DNA of 64,000 nt from a virus. Lineage: Duplodnaviria; Caudoviricetes. The stretch's first letter is position 1, and the number at the start of each line of letters is the position of its first letter. The position numbers were made by a program, and so were the translations under genes. This document shows, piece by piece, positions 53,230 to 64,000 of this stretch. The notes beneath the pieces were generated by a model. It saw only the letters and a list, made by a program, of their open reading frames with translations. It made no database searches and was not told where the DNA came from. Location of the stretch: the IMG/VR virus record IMGVR_UViG_3300013212_000088, positions 32,001 through 96,000 of that record; one strand, 5' to 3'.

Positions 53230-56200
53230 CTATACAATTTGAACTTGATAGCTGAAAACTTTAAGTCCAGTATTTGCTCCATTTGAAGGTAGAAGAGAAA
53301 CAGATATTTGGCTTCCCTTGGCGAATAAACTTGCATCTAGAGTAGTGTTAGGTTCAGAAATAGATATTTGTTTATCTTTATCAAACCAAGCCAATGCTGT
53401 TTGATTATTTATTGTAGTGGGTGAACCAGAACTTCCATCATAGTAATCATATGACAAAACAATATTTGGCCCCACAGACATTGAATATATCAATGTTGAG
53501 CTATCTAGAGTAATAGGTTTAGTTGGGTCATTTGAAGTTAAAACTATATTAGAAGCATATGGAACGTAATTGCCTGCTAATATTACAGATGTACTTGTAA
53601 CAGCAATTCCAGTTTTAAATCCATCCGAAGGAGAGACTTCAGCATAAATTACATCTCCAGCTAAGAAATAATTATTTGCCTCATCTAAATCTTCCAATCT
53701 CTGTACTGTTCTATTTCTATAATTTGGTAATGAGTTTGTAGTAAAAACTTCTACAGTAGTTCCGCTTCCAGAAACTTCTCTATATCTAAACCATTTGGTC
53801 TGAGTGTTTCTCTCTCTATTTCCGTCAGGTGAATTGTACTCATAATCTAAAATCATTCTTTCTAATACTGAAATAGATGAGCCTATAGAAGACATTGATA
53901 TAATTTTTGGCTTTCCAGTTAAATTAGGCAGTGTAGAGTTTAGATAAGAAGAAAAAACATTTCTATTTTTGACTACAGAATACTGCAAAGCAAAATCATA
54001 TGTATTAGCTACAGCATCATCATAATCTTGCACTAATAGGCCTATTCTAAACTTATTTGATGGGAGAATAAATAAAGTTACAATGTCTGTTCTTTCTAAT
54101 TCCTGAACAAATGTAACCGCACCATCCTCCCTGTTAACGAAGTAATTGCCCCTATTAATTACTCCATTTTTTAAAACAACCAATTGGCTGTCAGCAGACC
54201 ATCTTCCGTTTACTGCAAAGAAAGTTCTATTATCTACAGTTGTTGTTGGCTCACCTTCGTAGAAGTTTTGCAATTCAGGATAAACAATTTCTACAGTTGG
54301 TAACTCAAACAAAGGAATCTCAAATGTAATTGTGCCTAATTTATAATCAGTCTTGTATGTAATTGGGCTTATAATGTCGCCGCTAGCTAATGTAAGAGTA
54401 ATAACAGCATCAGATCTCCAATTTTTAAACTTTGTTCCGTTTAAATATGTTTGAAATATCTGTGGAGTTACTGGCGCTCCTTGTTCATCTAAACCTGTAG
54501 TATCTTGTAATAGTAAACCATTTTCAGAATTGTAAATAACTTGATCTAAATATTGGAATGTTTTTTGACGATTAGACAAGCAACCATTTCTATTGGTAAA
54601 TATTAATTCATAGTCAGCCCAATCAGTACTATCTCCTCTACAAATACCCCATTGTAATTTACTTGTATCTGGAACTGTAGAATTAGAAGTTAAATTATAT
54701 TCAAAAATACTTCCCTTAATATCATATGCATCTGTGAAATAATATCTTTCAGAAGGTGAAGTTTCTACATGATAAAGAGAAGTTACTACAGGTCTCACAG
54801 TTGCACCAGCAGAGTATCCTTCGGTCATATTAACTTTGTATTCAAGATTGGTAATTTGTTTTCTAAAAGTATAACCAACTCCACTATTCAATGTAATCCA
54901 AGTTGAGTAATCTTTTCTGTTGCTGGACCATCTAAATTGCACGCTACAAGTAGATCCTGATGCAGCTGAATATGATGAGCGTAATTCTTTTATATAAGTT
55001 GGATCTGTATACTCAAAATCTCTAGTCCATGAAGCAGTATATAAATCATTTGCCTGTCCATGTAAAAATGAGTTTAATGAGTTTTCAAGATCACCATTAT
55101 CAGCACCATTAAGAATATCAAAATAATTACCATCTGTATCAATGGAAAGTGTTTGTAATTCTCTTTGGTCATTAGCTCTTCCGAAACCAAAAGAATTGAT
55201 GTTTACTCCGGTTTCGAGCCAAGAAGTTTGAGCAGTAGTAACAACATCAGACGTTAAATCCGTTGAAATATTGTCACCATCAGCAAAGACCATTGAAAGT
55301 GGCTTATAAGTTTCTGACCATTTTCTAATTAGCTCTGTTCTTGCTGTATCGGAGTTTTTAATATCTGAAGAAGATCCATCCCAATCTTGCCTCAAATACA
55401 CTTCTAAACTATCACCTGAAGTTACTCCATAACCAGAAGCAAATACTACAGAACCGTTAGTAGGAGAAACAGTGTAATTTGTAGTTCTTGTAACTCCGCT
55501 TACGACTACTTCAACGTCAGGGTATGTACTTGAAGACCATTTATATGTACTTCCAGTGCTTGATTTAGAAAGATATACTATTGGGTTTGTTACAGCAGAA
55601 CCAGCCCAAGGACCAAGTGTAACCTGCTTATCGCTTGAAGTCTTGTACCAATTCCTTAAACTATCTAACCCTAAAGCAGCAATTTGTGTAAGATATCCTA
55701 CAATTAAATTAACTCTTGAAACATTGTTAGTCTCATCATTAGATTTCAAAATTGATTCAGAAATTGATTGTGGAGAAAGTCCAACAATAGATAAAGCAAC
55801 AGCCTCAATTAACTCAGATTTCGTGCCTTTTTGTTTTAAACTAAGCAAATTGGTGTTAAGTTCAGTTTGTGAACTTTCATATCCAGTAGTTTTTTGAGTT
55901 ACAGAAGAACCATATTGCCAAAAGTCAAAATATGTAGTGAATAAAGTAGTTCCGATTCCAGCAACATATTTTTTGTTTCTAGTTATAAATGTGTCAAAGA
56001 AATCCTTAATTGTGTAAACATATTGAGTACTTCCAAAGCTTGATTTGATTGATGTTGAATCGTCAAATACTAAGCTTGTGGCAAACTTTAAATCAGTAGT
56101 TAGGTGCCCAATATCTTTAACTAAAACACCTGCGCCTGCTCCATTTGCCCAATCAAAAGAAGTTGCTCCTGAACCTGAATAATATGCGCCTACAGGAATG

Positions 56201-59200
56201 GCGGTATCTGTAGGTGTTGGCGCAGCTTCAAAAAATACTTTAAAGAAGTAATCTAAAGTTGTATCATTATAAACTTCATCCCAAGATCCATCTAACTTAA
56301 AAGCTCTACCATTTGTGAATGGATTTGATAAATTGCTCAGTTTCCATTGAACAATAGAAATGCCTGATGCTGCTAAAGTCTCAGTTATTACTAATGCATA
56401 TGTAGTACCAGCAGTAGCAGTATATGCAAAATCAAATGTTACAAAACTAGAGTTGACTATATCTTCTGGATTGTAAATAGTACTCGAAACGGCAAGCTGA
56501 CTCAATGGCAGTCCTGAGCCATTTACAGAATAAATGTAAGCTCTTATTGTATTACCAGCAAATGATGTTGTGTATCTACTATCAGATGATAATTCTGTTT
56601 TGACTTTAAGATATACAGAGGCTTTAACTAGATCTGTTTGTCCAACTCCAACCTTAAATGTTTGAGCTAAAGAACCACTAGCAGTTAATGAAACACCTAA
56701 GTTAACATTATTGTTTGGTCTACTTGTAAATGAAACTGCGGGGGTAATTGATCCATTTTCAAAACCGGGCTCATACCAAGTGTCACCATCGTCAATACTG
56801 TACCAAAATCCATCTTCTGTAGCTGCTAACAAAACTTGATCAGATGTAATTGAGCTAGTGAAAACTTTTAAATCATATACCGCATAAGACGCTGAACTAA
56901 TTTTTTCACATCTCTCAAATGAGTTTCCCTCGTCTAAAGATCTATAGACTCCATTATTAGTGCCAATAAATATTTTTGATTTTCCAGGTTCAGTGCCACC
57001 TGGTGATGCTTCCGAATCTAAGGCATAACAATAGCAAGATATCCCAGATAGGTATTTATTTTCTATAATAAAATCTGGTGTAGCATCATCTGTCGGATCT
57101 AACCATCTCCAGTTTCTTACTTTTAAAACTCCATTGTTTGTAAGTATAAACATTGGAATTGGAGCTTTGGTTGATGGTGGAGTTGAAAGGGCTCTAAATA
57201 TTCTGTAATATTTGTAGTCTTCAACCTTTCCGCCAAACACCTCTCTGCCCTTTAAAAATGCAGTAAGATTAGTTCCAGAAGTTGCACCATTAGTAACAGC
57301 AAATAACCCATTTTCAGCACAAACATACAATGAATCAATTTCAGATTGTTTTGAATTACCTTGTGAATCAGTAGTAATCCTAATAAACTTATCTTGATAT
57401 AAACCGTTTACTCTCTTTTTATCTACTAAAGTAAGGTGGTCAGATTGGAATGCACTTGCTCCTTCCGGGGTCCATACAAATGATAATCCATCTTCCTTTC
57501 CAAAAGCTTCATAAGTTCCACTAAACCAACTTCCTCTTAAATAATCAAATTGAGGCTGGTTGAAAGTTATATCTTCTGTCCAGTTTGATGATGTTGTTCC
57601 ATACCATAAATTATTGTCAGTACCAGCATTTAAAGTTGATCCATTACTTTTGATGTAATAAACTCTTGAAGAATTACCTAAATCTGAAATCTGTTCCCAG
57701 CTATTTCCATAAACCCAAAGACCCTGATCAGTTCCAGCAAGCATGTTTGAGCCTGTAGCTGATGCATCATATATAGAATAAATAGATTTTGGATTATTTG
57801 CTTTATCGTTTTCTGTTGGTATTAATCCAATATAGTCATATGAAATTGAATTAGTGGTGTCAAATAAGGCACTTGCATCAACATCAGAAACTAATGTTAA
57901 GTTTTTAAGACCAGTTTCTTTTTCCACACTTTTTGCTGAAATTGTTGGGTATGGATCAAATGTAGTAGCATCATTCTTATATAGTTTTAAAGCTGCATGG
58001 GATGTATTAGCTACATCAACTGACTCATAATAGTAATGATGACCTGATTGTTTTAATGAAATAAAATCTTGAATACCAGCATACTTTTTCGTTCTGACTG
58101 CATAAACTTCAGTGTTAATTGGAAAAACAACTGAACTTGTTCTAGGAGTAATATTGTTTATGTATCTTTTATTTCTCTCATCGTAAACAATGCTAACAAT
58201 TACTTGCTCAGAAATTGCTGGTTTAACAGTGTTATTTCTAAACTCAAGAATATTCAGAGCTGTTTCAGTAATTGGTTTTTTAGTAAAGAATAAAGATTCA
58301 GAAGCAGAATTAGATTTACTTAAAAGAGTGAGTGGTGATGCATCCGCTACTAAATCCCTAATAGCTTCTTCATGATACGTTTCGCCAATATTTGTTAAAA
58401 AAGCTCCTTCTCTAATAATAGTAATATAAACACTATTTATTTGAGATGCTTTTAAACTTTGGACAAACTGTATTTTGCCCAAAGAAGGAGTTAAAATATA
58501 CGGAATAGTACTTGGATTCTTGCCAACGTAAACCACTACTTTAGCATTAGTATCTGACCAAGGATCTACATAAAAGACACCGTAGTCTCTTTCGTAAAAT
58601 AAGTTTTTACCATAGTCAGCAGTAGAATCCAATTGAATTAATTGATAAGGATAGTGTGTCGTAAAGTTATATTCTTGCACTAAGTCTTGAGCATTAAATA
58701 TTGAAACTTCATCCGTTTTTCTAAATGAAGTATATGGTCTTATCCATGGGTAATTGACACTAGCATTGGAATAATCAGAACTCCAAATGAAATCAGTAGA
58801 AATGTAAACCCCTCTGTTTGTTCCAGCATAAATTAAACCTAAACCAGAATCACTTGCTTCTTTTGAATAAACTGTATTAACTTCACCCTGTAATGCTGAT
58901 GACCAATATAGATTTCTTGATGTAGGGTTTATTCCAGGACCAGAAGCATCAGTAACCAATCCAATGCCTTTAGTGTGACCAATTAAATATTCATAAGATC
59001 CAGAAACATTTCGTTTTTCAACACTTGTAATTGTAGACCCCAAAGCTGCAGTAGAAAATATTTTATATCTATTAATTTTCCAATTCAGCTCAGTTGTTCC
59101 GTAAGTGACAGTTGATGTGTCTTTATCTAAAAACCAAATACTGTCTGAGTTTTGAGTACCATTTAGTACCTTAAAATTATCACCAGCAGTTGGGACAGAT

Positions 59201-62200
59201 GATACTCTTGATAAAATCCAGTTAGCGCTTGAACTACCTAAAGTGCTAACATAGTAAACACCATTATGTACAGAGCTAGATTGGTTCTTAACTAAAACGG
59301 TTTGCCCAACTCCAGTGCTTGCAAAAGAATATCCATCAACAGAAAATGCAGTATTAGGATATCTAATTATATATGTCGTTGATGCTGTTGAACTTCCTGA
59401 GTAGTTGCTTGATAAGTATAATCCAGCATCACTATTGATTGAATTGATGTTGTACCAAGTAGAAACCAAAGATCCTAAAGTAGCTCCAATACCAATACTA
59501 GCTCCAGTACCAGAATATATTAAAAAGCTTGTACCTGTACCTGTAATTGAAGTAGATCCATTTGATGCTGAAATAGTACCTAATGTATATTCATCATATG
59601 GATTAAATGTCAGAATATGGGGTGAAGAAGCAGTACTATAATTTGCTGATAATTTAGATACTGTGGCTGCTTTGACTGGGGTAGATGTAATAGTACCAAA
59701 AAGTGGATGTTCCCAATAAGTAGTAGAAGTCGTACCATCATCAGTTTCAACATATCTTGCTGAGTGTGAAATATAGGCATTCTGTTCTGTCCACCAAATT
59801 AAATCATTATTATTGATATTATTAGTGCCATTTTCAATCCAATATATTCCTTTAACACCTTCATTAAATACTCTAGTAATTAAACCGGAATTACCATAAA
59901 AAAGCCCTGTATTTCCAGAAGAAGCAGCAACATACAAAGTTCTATCATAGGTAATCTTTAATGATCCTTCTTTCTTTTCTGTTCTTCTAGTTGATATTTC
60001 TTTAATGTCTGAGATTGGCTTGACGTAGCTTAAAGTACTGCCATTTTCATCATAAATAGATTTTACTTTTGACCATGTCCAATCGTTTTCAGTCATTTTA
60101 TCTGCTATGACTGCTGTGTAAAGTCCATCATCTGTACCATTGTAAGAATAATATGTGTAATTATATTTCCCAGTAAATCTACCAGCTTTGTCATACATTT
60201 CTTCTCTATCTGAAGAAATGTAGAATGAGGTAGTCTTGATAGCTGGTATTGTTGAATCTATAGGATTTTTAACTACGGTCCAATTATCACCAAAGTCTAC
60301 AGTAGTCCAAATCCTGCCTTCTTTAGTAAGCGCATATGCTGTCTTAAAATAATTAACATTTTCTGGTCTTAAAATGTTATCAATAAAGTATTTAACTTGT
60401 CCTCTATCAATATTCCACCCAGTTAAATATGACCCAGTTGAAAGATCTGTAGACGATAAAAAGCCTCTTTTGTTTCCAGCCAAATATTTAGTTGTTTCTA
60501 CATTTAGAGATTTATCAATATAAAATATTTCAGAGGTGTTTTGTAAATCAGAAGATGGTATTTCAGTATAGAAGTATGTATGATTTCCTTCTGCAAATAA
60601 ACTTTTTGATGGAATTAAAGATGCATTTTCCTTATATCTATTTAAACCAATGTGATCTAAATTATATATTCTTTTTGGATCAAGAGTGCCAGAATTAAAA
60701 GAAGAAGCATTGATATCTTTTAATCTTTTTCCAGATAATTTGTCATCAATTTCTCTACCTACAGCTTCAATAACAACACTTACATCAGAATAATCAAAAG
60801 TCTCTAAATCAATTAAAGAAGATTTGAAAGAAAGCTCCGCAGAAAATGGTTTAATTTCGTAATAATCACTGTCTATGAGAGTGTCATTTATATAAACTGA
60901 AGCTGGTAAATAATCTGCATTTGACCATATAGTTCTATTGTAATATGTGGTTTTTGTATTAGTATTTGAATCTGTAACTGTTGTAGTACTACCATCAGAC
61001 AAATAAATACTATAACCAGCAACAATATTTCCAGTTAATAAAGAACCATAAGATTTATTTGTAGAATTAAGACTGATGGCTTGCAATGCTTTTTGAGGAG
61101 ACTTTGGCAAAAATATCTGAAGCTTATCAGTGGAAAGTATGTTATTTTTAAGTGAAAGGCGTGATGAGGATAAGTTTAAACTATATTGAGATGTGTCTAA
61201 TTTCACATCATTAAGTCTTACTTCAGGTATCCCATAAAATCCAATTGTCTTTCCAGTTCCAGAAGAAGTGGAAGTTGGTTTGAAATTATTATTTGATTGA
61301 ATGACAAAGATATTTGAAGCATAATTTAAAGAACCATTTGATTCTATTGGTAGAGCGTCTAGAACGACTCTTGTAGACAAATCTATTTTTGATGGATTGT
61401 TCTCTCCTCCAGCATGAACGTGCTTGTAAAAACTCTTTCTTAAAGCTTTTTGAAATGAACCAGAAAAGTTTTTTAAGTCATTTCTACTATCAGAATAAAT
61501 AATTTCATCAACCACATATGTATCGAGCTGAATAGAATAATCTGAATCAACTTTATTGAATGTACTAACTTCGGCTAAATAAATTGCATCGTTTTGTAAA
61601 TAGTATTCATCGTCAGGAATTGAAGGTGATGTAATGGCGCAAATACCTTCAGATTGTAAACAAATACTTGGCTCTGCCCATACATAATAAGTATTGTTTC
61701 CAGTATATCTAAAGTAATTATATTTTAAGGTTTTTGCAGAGAAAGTGCTGACAATTCCGTTGCCAGGTGTGACTAAAACACACTGCTCAAACGCATTAAT
61801 AAAATAAAGGTTTGAAGTTCCTAAAATAAAACTTGTTTCAACTCCAGCTGCCTTCCAAGATGCAAGCCATAAAGTTTGCTTGTAATTATTTCCAGTCTTA
61901 ACATAAACAAGAAAATTTGAATTAAAATCACTATTATTGTTAAGTTCGGAAGCTCTAGCCCATGCAGAAGCGCTAACTACATAAACACCATTTTGGCTTT
62001 CATCACTTTGCAATCTAACTAAAACTCTATCTCCAACAATGCAACTTATGCCGTCTATTGTTTGAGTGCCAGAAAGTGTAATATTTCCAGTTGTTGCAGC
62101 TACACAATATCTTTTTTGTGCAGAAGTTTCACGAGTAAAATTAAGATTTAAATATGTAAGTCTTTGGCCTAATTCGCTCTCAAAGTTTTCTAAATAAGCA

Positions 62201-62400
62201 TCAATTAACAGTAGCTGATTTTCTCTATAATCAGATAACTTATATACATCCCAGCCTTCGATAATTCCAGGACCAACAAACTTAAACATAGCTTCCAGCT
62301 GATTTTCAGCAGTGAGCATATTTTCTTTGTCAAAACCTGGATACCATTTATCTCCATACTGAAGATAAAGGTAGTTATATATATTTGTTCGTTGAGCCAT
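53230..62400 (-). CDS. Giant multidomain virion protein (baseplate/adhesin-like)
   Basis: 3056 aa; two RVLV.Q..NGVY modules, Asp-box repeats (TVDFGDNW, SLDEGNSF, SIDDGDTW), vWA-like domain and C-terminal Ig-like repeats. Confidence 0.75.
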   Translation of the reverse strand: MAQRTNIYNYLYLQYGDKWYPGFDKENMLTAENQLEAMFKFVGPGIIEGWDVYKLSDYRENQLLLIDAYLENFESELGQRLTYLNLNFTRETSAQKRYCVAATTGNITLSGTQTIDGISCIVGDRVLVRLQSDESQNGVYVVSASAWARASELNNNSDFNSNFLVYVKTGNNYKQTLWLASWKAAGVETSFILGTSNLYFINAFEQCVLVTPGNGIVSTFSAKTLKYNYFRYTGNNTYYVWAEPSICLQSEGICAITSPSIPDDEYYLQNDAIYLAEVSTFNKVDSDYSIQLDTYVVDEIIYSDSRNDLKNFSGSFQKALRKSFYKHVHAGGENNPSKIDLSTRVVLDALPIESNGSLNYASNIFVIQSNNNFKPTSTSSGTGKTIGFYGIPEVRLNDVKLDTSQYSLNLSSSRLSLKNNILSTDKLQIFLPKSPQKALQAISLNSTNKSYGSLLTGNIVAGYSIYLSDGSTTTVTDSNTNTKTTYYNRTIWSNADYLPASVYINDTLIDSDYYEIKPFSAELSFKSSLIDLETFDYSDVSVVIEAVGREIDDKLSGKRLKDINASSFNSGTLDPKRIYNLDHIGLNRYKENASLIPSKSLFAEGNHTYFYTEIPSSDLQNTSEIFYIDKSLNVETTKYLAGNKRGFLSSTDLSTGSYLTGWNIDRGQVKYFIDNILRPENVNYFKTAYALTKEGRIWTTVDFGDNWTVVKNPIDSTIPAIKTTSFYISSDREEMYDKAGRFTGKYNYTYYSYNGTDDGLYTAVIADKMTENDWTWSKVKSIYDENGSTLSYVKPISDIKEISTRRTEKKEGSLKITYDRTLYVAASSGNTGLFYGNSGLITRVFNEGVKGIYWIENGTNNINNNDLIWWTEQNAYISHSARYVETDDGTTSTTYWEHPLFGTITSTPVKAATVSKLSANYSTASSPHILTFNPYDEYTLGTISASNGSTSITGTGTSFLIYSGTGASIGIGATLGSLVSTWYNINSINSDAGLYLSSNYSGSSTASTTYIIRYPNTAFSVDGYSFASTGVGQTVLVKNQSSSVHNGVYYVSTLGSSSANWILSRVSSVPTAGDNFKVLNGTQNSDSIWFLDKDTSTVTYGTTELNWKINRYKIFSTAALGSTITSVEKRNVSGSYEYLIGHTKGIGLVTDASGPGINPTSRNLYWSSALQGEVNTVYSKEASDSGLGLIYAGTNRGVYISTDFIWSSDYSNASVNYPWIRPYTSFRKTDEVSIFNAQDLVQEYNFTTHYPYQLIQLDSTADYGKNLFYERDYGVFYVDPWSDTNAKVVVYVGKNPSTIPYILTPSLGKIQFVQSLKASQINSVYITIIREGAFLTNIGETYHEEAIRDLVADASPLTLLSKSNSASESLFFTKKPITETALNILEFRNNTVKPAISEQVIVSIVYDERNKRYINNITPRTSSVVFPINTEVYAVRTKKYAGIQDFISLKQSGHHYYYESVDVANTSHAALKLYKNDATTFDPYPTISAKSVEKETGLKNLTLVSDVDASALFDTTNSISYDYIGLIPTENDKANNPKSIYSIYDASATGSNMLAGTDQGLWVYGNSWEQISDLGNSSRVYYIKSNGSTLNAGTDNNLWYGTTSSNWTEDITFNQPQFDYLRGSWFSGTYEAFGKEDGLSFVWTPEGASAFQSDHLTLVDKKRVNGLYQDKFIRITTDSQGNSKQSEIDSLYVCAENGLFAVTNGATSGTNLTAFLKGREVFGGKVEDYKYYRIFRALSTPPSTKAPIPMFILTNNGVLKVRNWRWLDPTDDATPDFIIENKYLSGISCYCYALDSEASPGGTEPGKSKIFIGTNNGVYRSLDEGNSFERCEKISSASYAVYDLKVFTSSITSDQVLLAATEDGFWYSIDDGDTWYEPGFENGSITPAVSFTSRPNNNVNLGVSLTASGSLAQTFKVGVGQTDLVKASVYLKVKTELSSDSRYTTSFAGNTIRAYIYSVNGSGLPLSQLAVSSTIYNPEDIVNSSFVTFDFAYTATAGTTYALVITETLAASGISIVQWKLSNLSNPFTNGRAFKLDGSWDEVYNDTTLDYFFKVFFEAAPTPTDTAIPVGAYYSGSGATSFDWANGAGAGVLVKDIGHLTTDLKFATSLVFDDSTSIKSSFGSTQYVYTIKDFFDTFITRNKKYVAGIGTTLFTTYFDFWQYGSSVTQKTTGYESSQTELNTNLLSLKQKGTKSELIEAVALSIVGLSPQSISESILKSNDETNNVSRVNLIVGYLTQIAALGLDSLRNWYKTSSDKQVTLGPWAGSAVTNPIVYLSKSSTGSTYKWSSSTYPDVEVVVSGVTRTTNYTVSPTNGSVVFASGYGVTSGDSLEVYLRQDWDGSSSDIKNSDTARTELIRKWSETYKPLSMVFADGDNISTDLTSDVVTTAQTSWLETGVNINSFGFGRANDQRELQTLSIDTDGNYFDILNGADNGDLENSLNSFLHGQANDLYTASWTRDFEYTDPTYIKELRSSYSAASGSTCSVQFRWSSNRKDYSTWITLNSGVGYTFRKQITNLEYKVNMTEGYSAGATVRPVVTSLYHVETSPSERYYFTDAYDIKGSIFEYNLTSNSTVPDTSKLQWGICRGDSTDWADYELIFTNRNGCLSNRQKTFQYLDQVIYNSENGLLLQDTTGLDEQGAPVTPQIFQTYLNGTKFKNWRSDAVITLTLASGDIISPITYKTDYKLGTITFEIPLFELPTVEIVYPELQNFYEGEPTTTVDNRTFFAVNGRWSADSQLVVLKNGVINRGNYFVNREDGAVTFVQELERTDIVTLFILPSNKFRIGLLVQDYDDAVANTYDFALQYSVVKNRNVFSSYLNSTLPNLTGKPKIISMSSIGSSISVLERMILDYEYNSPDGNRERNTQTKWFRYREVSGSGTTVEVFTTNSLPNYRNRTVQRLEDLDEANNYFLAGDVIYAEVSPSDGFKTGIAVTSTSVILAGNYVPYASNIVLTSNDPTKPITLDSSTLIYSMSVGPNIVLSYDYYDGSSGSPTTINNQTALAWFDKDKQISISEPNTTLDASLFAKGSQISVSLLPSNGANTGLKVFSYQVQIV

Positions 62401-62402
62401 AA

Positions 62403-64000
62403 TTACAATTCGGGCATAAAGTTCATATCTTCATCACCAGCATCAAGTTGAACAGCAAAGTCATAGACAATTGAAGGATCGCCGTCTATAGATGTTAACA
62501 GGATAGCAAACTTGATTGTGGAAGATGGTGATTCAAGTTCAAATGACTTGTTAGGTTCGATGATTGTGTATCTTGCAAAATCATACTTATAACCATCTCT
62601 GTCATCAGTTGTATACCCATAAACAATTTCTCCATCCTTCTTATCTTGGTTTGATGTCAACAAGCCTCTTCTAAATGTAGGTACAGGAGATGTTGTACTG
62701 TAATCTGTAGAATCAAATGTCTTGGTAAAGAAATATGATCCTGTTGCTGCTGAATAAGAAACCGTAACTGCTAAGACTTCAGGTGAGTCACCTTGAGTTG
62801 CAGTTACAAGCTCAAGATAGAATTGTAAGAACTTACCACTGTAGGCCTGTAGATCAATGGATAAAGTCTCTGCAGAAGCTGGAGCTGTGGAATTATTGAT
62901 GTATGATTTAGAATAAGCACTGGACCAATCTGCAAGCAAACATGCAGCAGAAGAATCTGCTGTTCTAACATATACATTAACCTCAGTTCCAGCATCTAAA
63001 CCCAAAGCAGAGTTTAGATTATATTTATTCAAAACAAGTACTGACATTGTGTCCCATCTTGTCAAAGTTGGAACATAGAATGGTCTACTTACATAATTAC
63101 CTGTAGATCTAACCCTTCTCTTAGGTGAGTAAATCGTGTCTAAAGTGCCGGATTTATAAGTTATAGGATCAACTGTAGAACTCATTGCTGGTTTGACTTG
63201 ATAAATGACTGTTGTAGTTTTGGTTGTAGTTGTTCCGCCACCACCGTCTGCAGGGTTGATATTTAATGTTCCAGTATAGACTTCATCGCTAAGTGTTGCA
63301 GTGACTATAGTGCTTGTTACTGTACTAGCAATAGTAGTTGGCACAGTAATTGTAAATGGATCTGAAGACCTAAATCCAGCAGCCACAGTAACACTTGTAA
63401 CTGCTGATGTTGAATTGCCATCTGTAGTGATTGTGAATACTGATGTTGTTGCTTTTGCTTCTGCAATAGTCAAAACTGCTTGAGAAGTATTGCCAGCTGT
63501 AATTTTTACTGGAGTGAAGGTAATTTTTCCAGTTCCTATTATAATATCATCTTCACCTCCTTGTTCTTCAGCGCCAAGGATAATAAAGTCATCTAGCGAA
63601 GCATACGGAATACTACCGTCCTCAAGTTGGTAATTATGATAGTTGCCAGCTTCATCTTTCAATCTTACATAAGTATACTTTTTATTACTTTCATAAAAAT
63701 AAGGACTGAATGTGTAAGAAAAACCATCTAAAGAAGACCCAACATAATTGTTAACTACATTGGAAATTGATGTAATATTTGTTGGTCTATAAATTGCCGT
63801 ATTTGGTACTACGTCCATAGACCCAAAATCTGTTGCATTATCCTTCCATAGTAAACTAAATGTAGGGGTTATGCCTCCAGATATTTCCTTGACAGCTAAT
63901 TCCAATTTAATTTTATATAATTGTTCTTCAACAAACTCTACTGTGCTAGTAGAATAATAATCAGTAGTAGTATTTGTAGTAATATTGTTTTGAGTAGTCC
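62403..64000 (-). CDS. Virion structural protein, partial (start lies beyond the window)
   Basis: The frame of track ORF 62403-63905 stays open to the window end; Thr-rich Ig-like segment and a C-terminal domain resembling part of the downstream giant protein. Confidence 0.7.
   Translation of the reverse strand, partial: TTQNNITTNTTTDYYSTSTVEFVEEQLYKIKLELAVKEISGGITPTFSLLWKDNATDFGSMDVVPNTAIYRPTNITSISNVVNNYVGSSLDGFSYTFSPYFYESNKKYTYVRLKDEAGNYHNYQLEDGSIPYASLDDFIILGAEEQGGEDDIIIGTGKITFTPVKITAGNTSQAVLTIAEAKATTSVFTITTDGNSTSAVTSVTVAAGFRSSDPFTITVPTTIASTVTSTIVTATLSDEVYTGTLNINPADGGGGTTTTKTTTVIYQVKPAMSSTVDPITYKSGTLDTIYSPKRRVRSTGNYVSRPFYVPTLTRWDTMSVLVLNKYNLNSALGLDAGTEVNVYVRTADSSAACLLADWSSAYSKSYINNSTAPASAETLSIDLQAYSGKFLQFYLELVTATQGDSPEVLAVTVSYSAATGSYFFTKTFDSTDYSTTSPVPTFRRGLLTSNQDKKDGEIVYGYTTDDRDGYKYDFARYTIIEPNKSFELESPSSTIKFAILLTSIDGDPSIVYDFAVQLDAGDEDMNFMPEL

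Noticed and set aside
1-64000. Stop-codon recoding
   Set aside because: Conserved genes are full-length in the standard code, and TAG, TAA and TGA all serve as stops.
1-64000. Host chromosome, prophage or eukaryotic giant virus origin
   Set aside because: Housekeeping-like genes are interleaved with giant virion genes with no integration boundary; SD sites, intrinsic terminators, SLT and gyrase point to a bacteriophage.

Overview
64-kb segment of an AT-rich (roughly one-third GC by eye) jumbo or huge tailed bacteriophage genome. Evidence: Shine-Dalgarno sites, intrinsic terminators, very large G/S/T-rich virion proteins (partial >990 aa, 994, 838, 1970 and 3056 aa), two tail-tube-like paralogs and a lytic transglycosylase. 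These sit among host-like genes: a complete DNA gyrase (gyrB-gyrA with GyrA-box), DnaK, a canonical DnaJ plus a second J-domain protein, ClpX, PIN-PhoH, RNase HII, a MerC-like membrane protein, a DUF151-like protein, a macrodomain, an SF2 helicase and three adjacent proteases (S8, S26, S1). The standard genetic code reads cleanly. I found no tRNA, rRNA, CRISPR array, integrase, transposase, intein or reverse transcriptase. Best candidate for an undescribed system: a set of unrelated hypothetical proteins sharing short terminal signals, namely an aromatic-x(0-1)-K/R-x-small(-Q) motif and a K-(L/I)-A-x-x-L-(D/E)-x-x-G-F-x3-(A/S)-D helix. They may form a capsid-targeting and maturation code, and several cluster with a ClpX whose substrate loops are altered. 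Other points: all three Hsp70-system genes have leaderless-type promoter geometry, and the 3056-aa virion protein hides a split vWA/MIDAS domain. All family calls come from motif recognition by eye; no searches were run.
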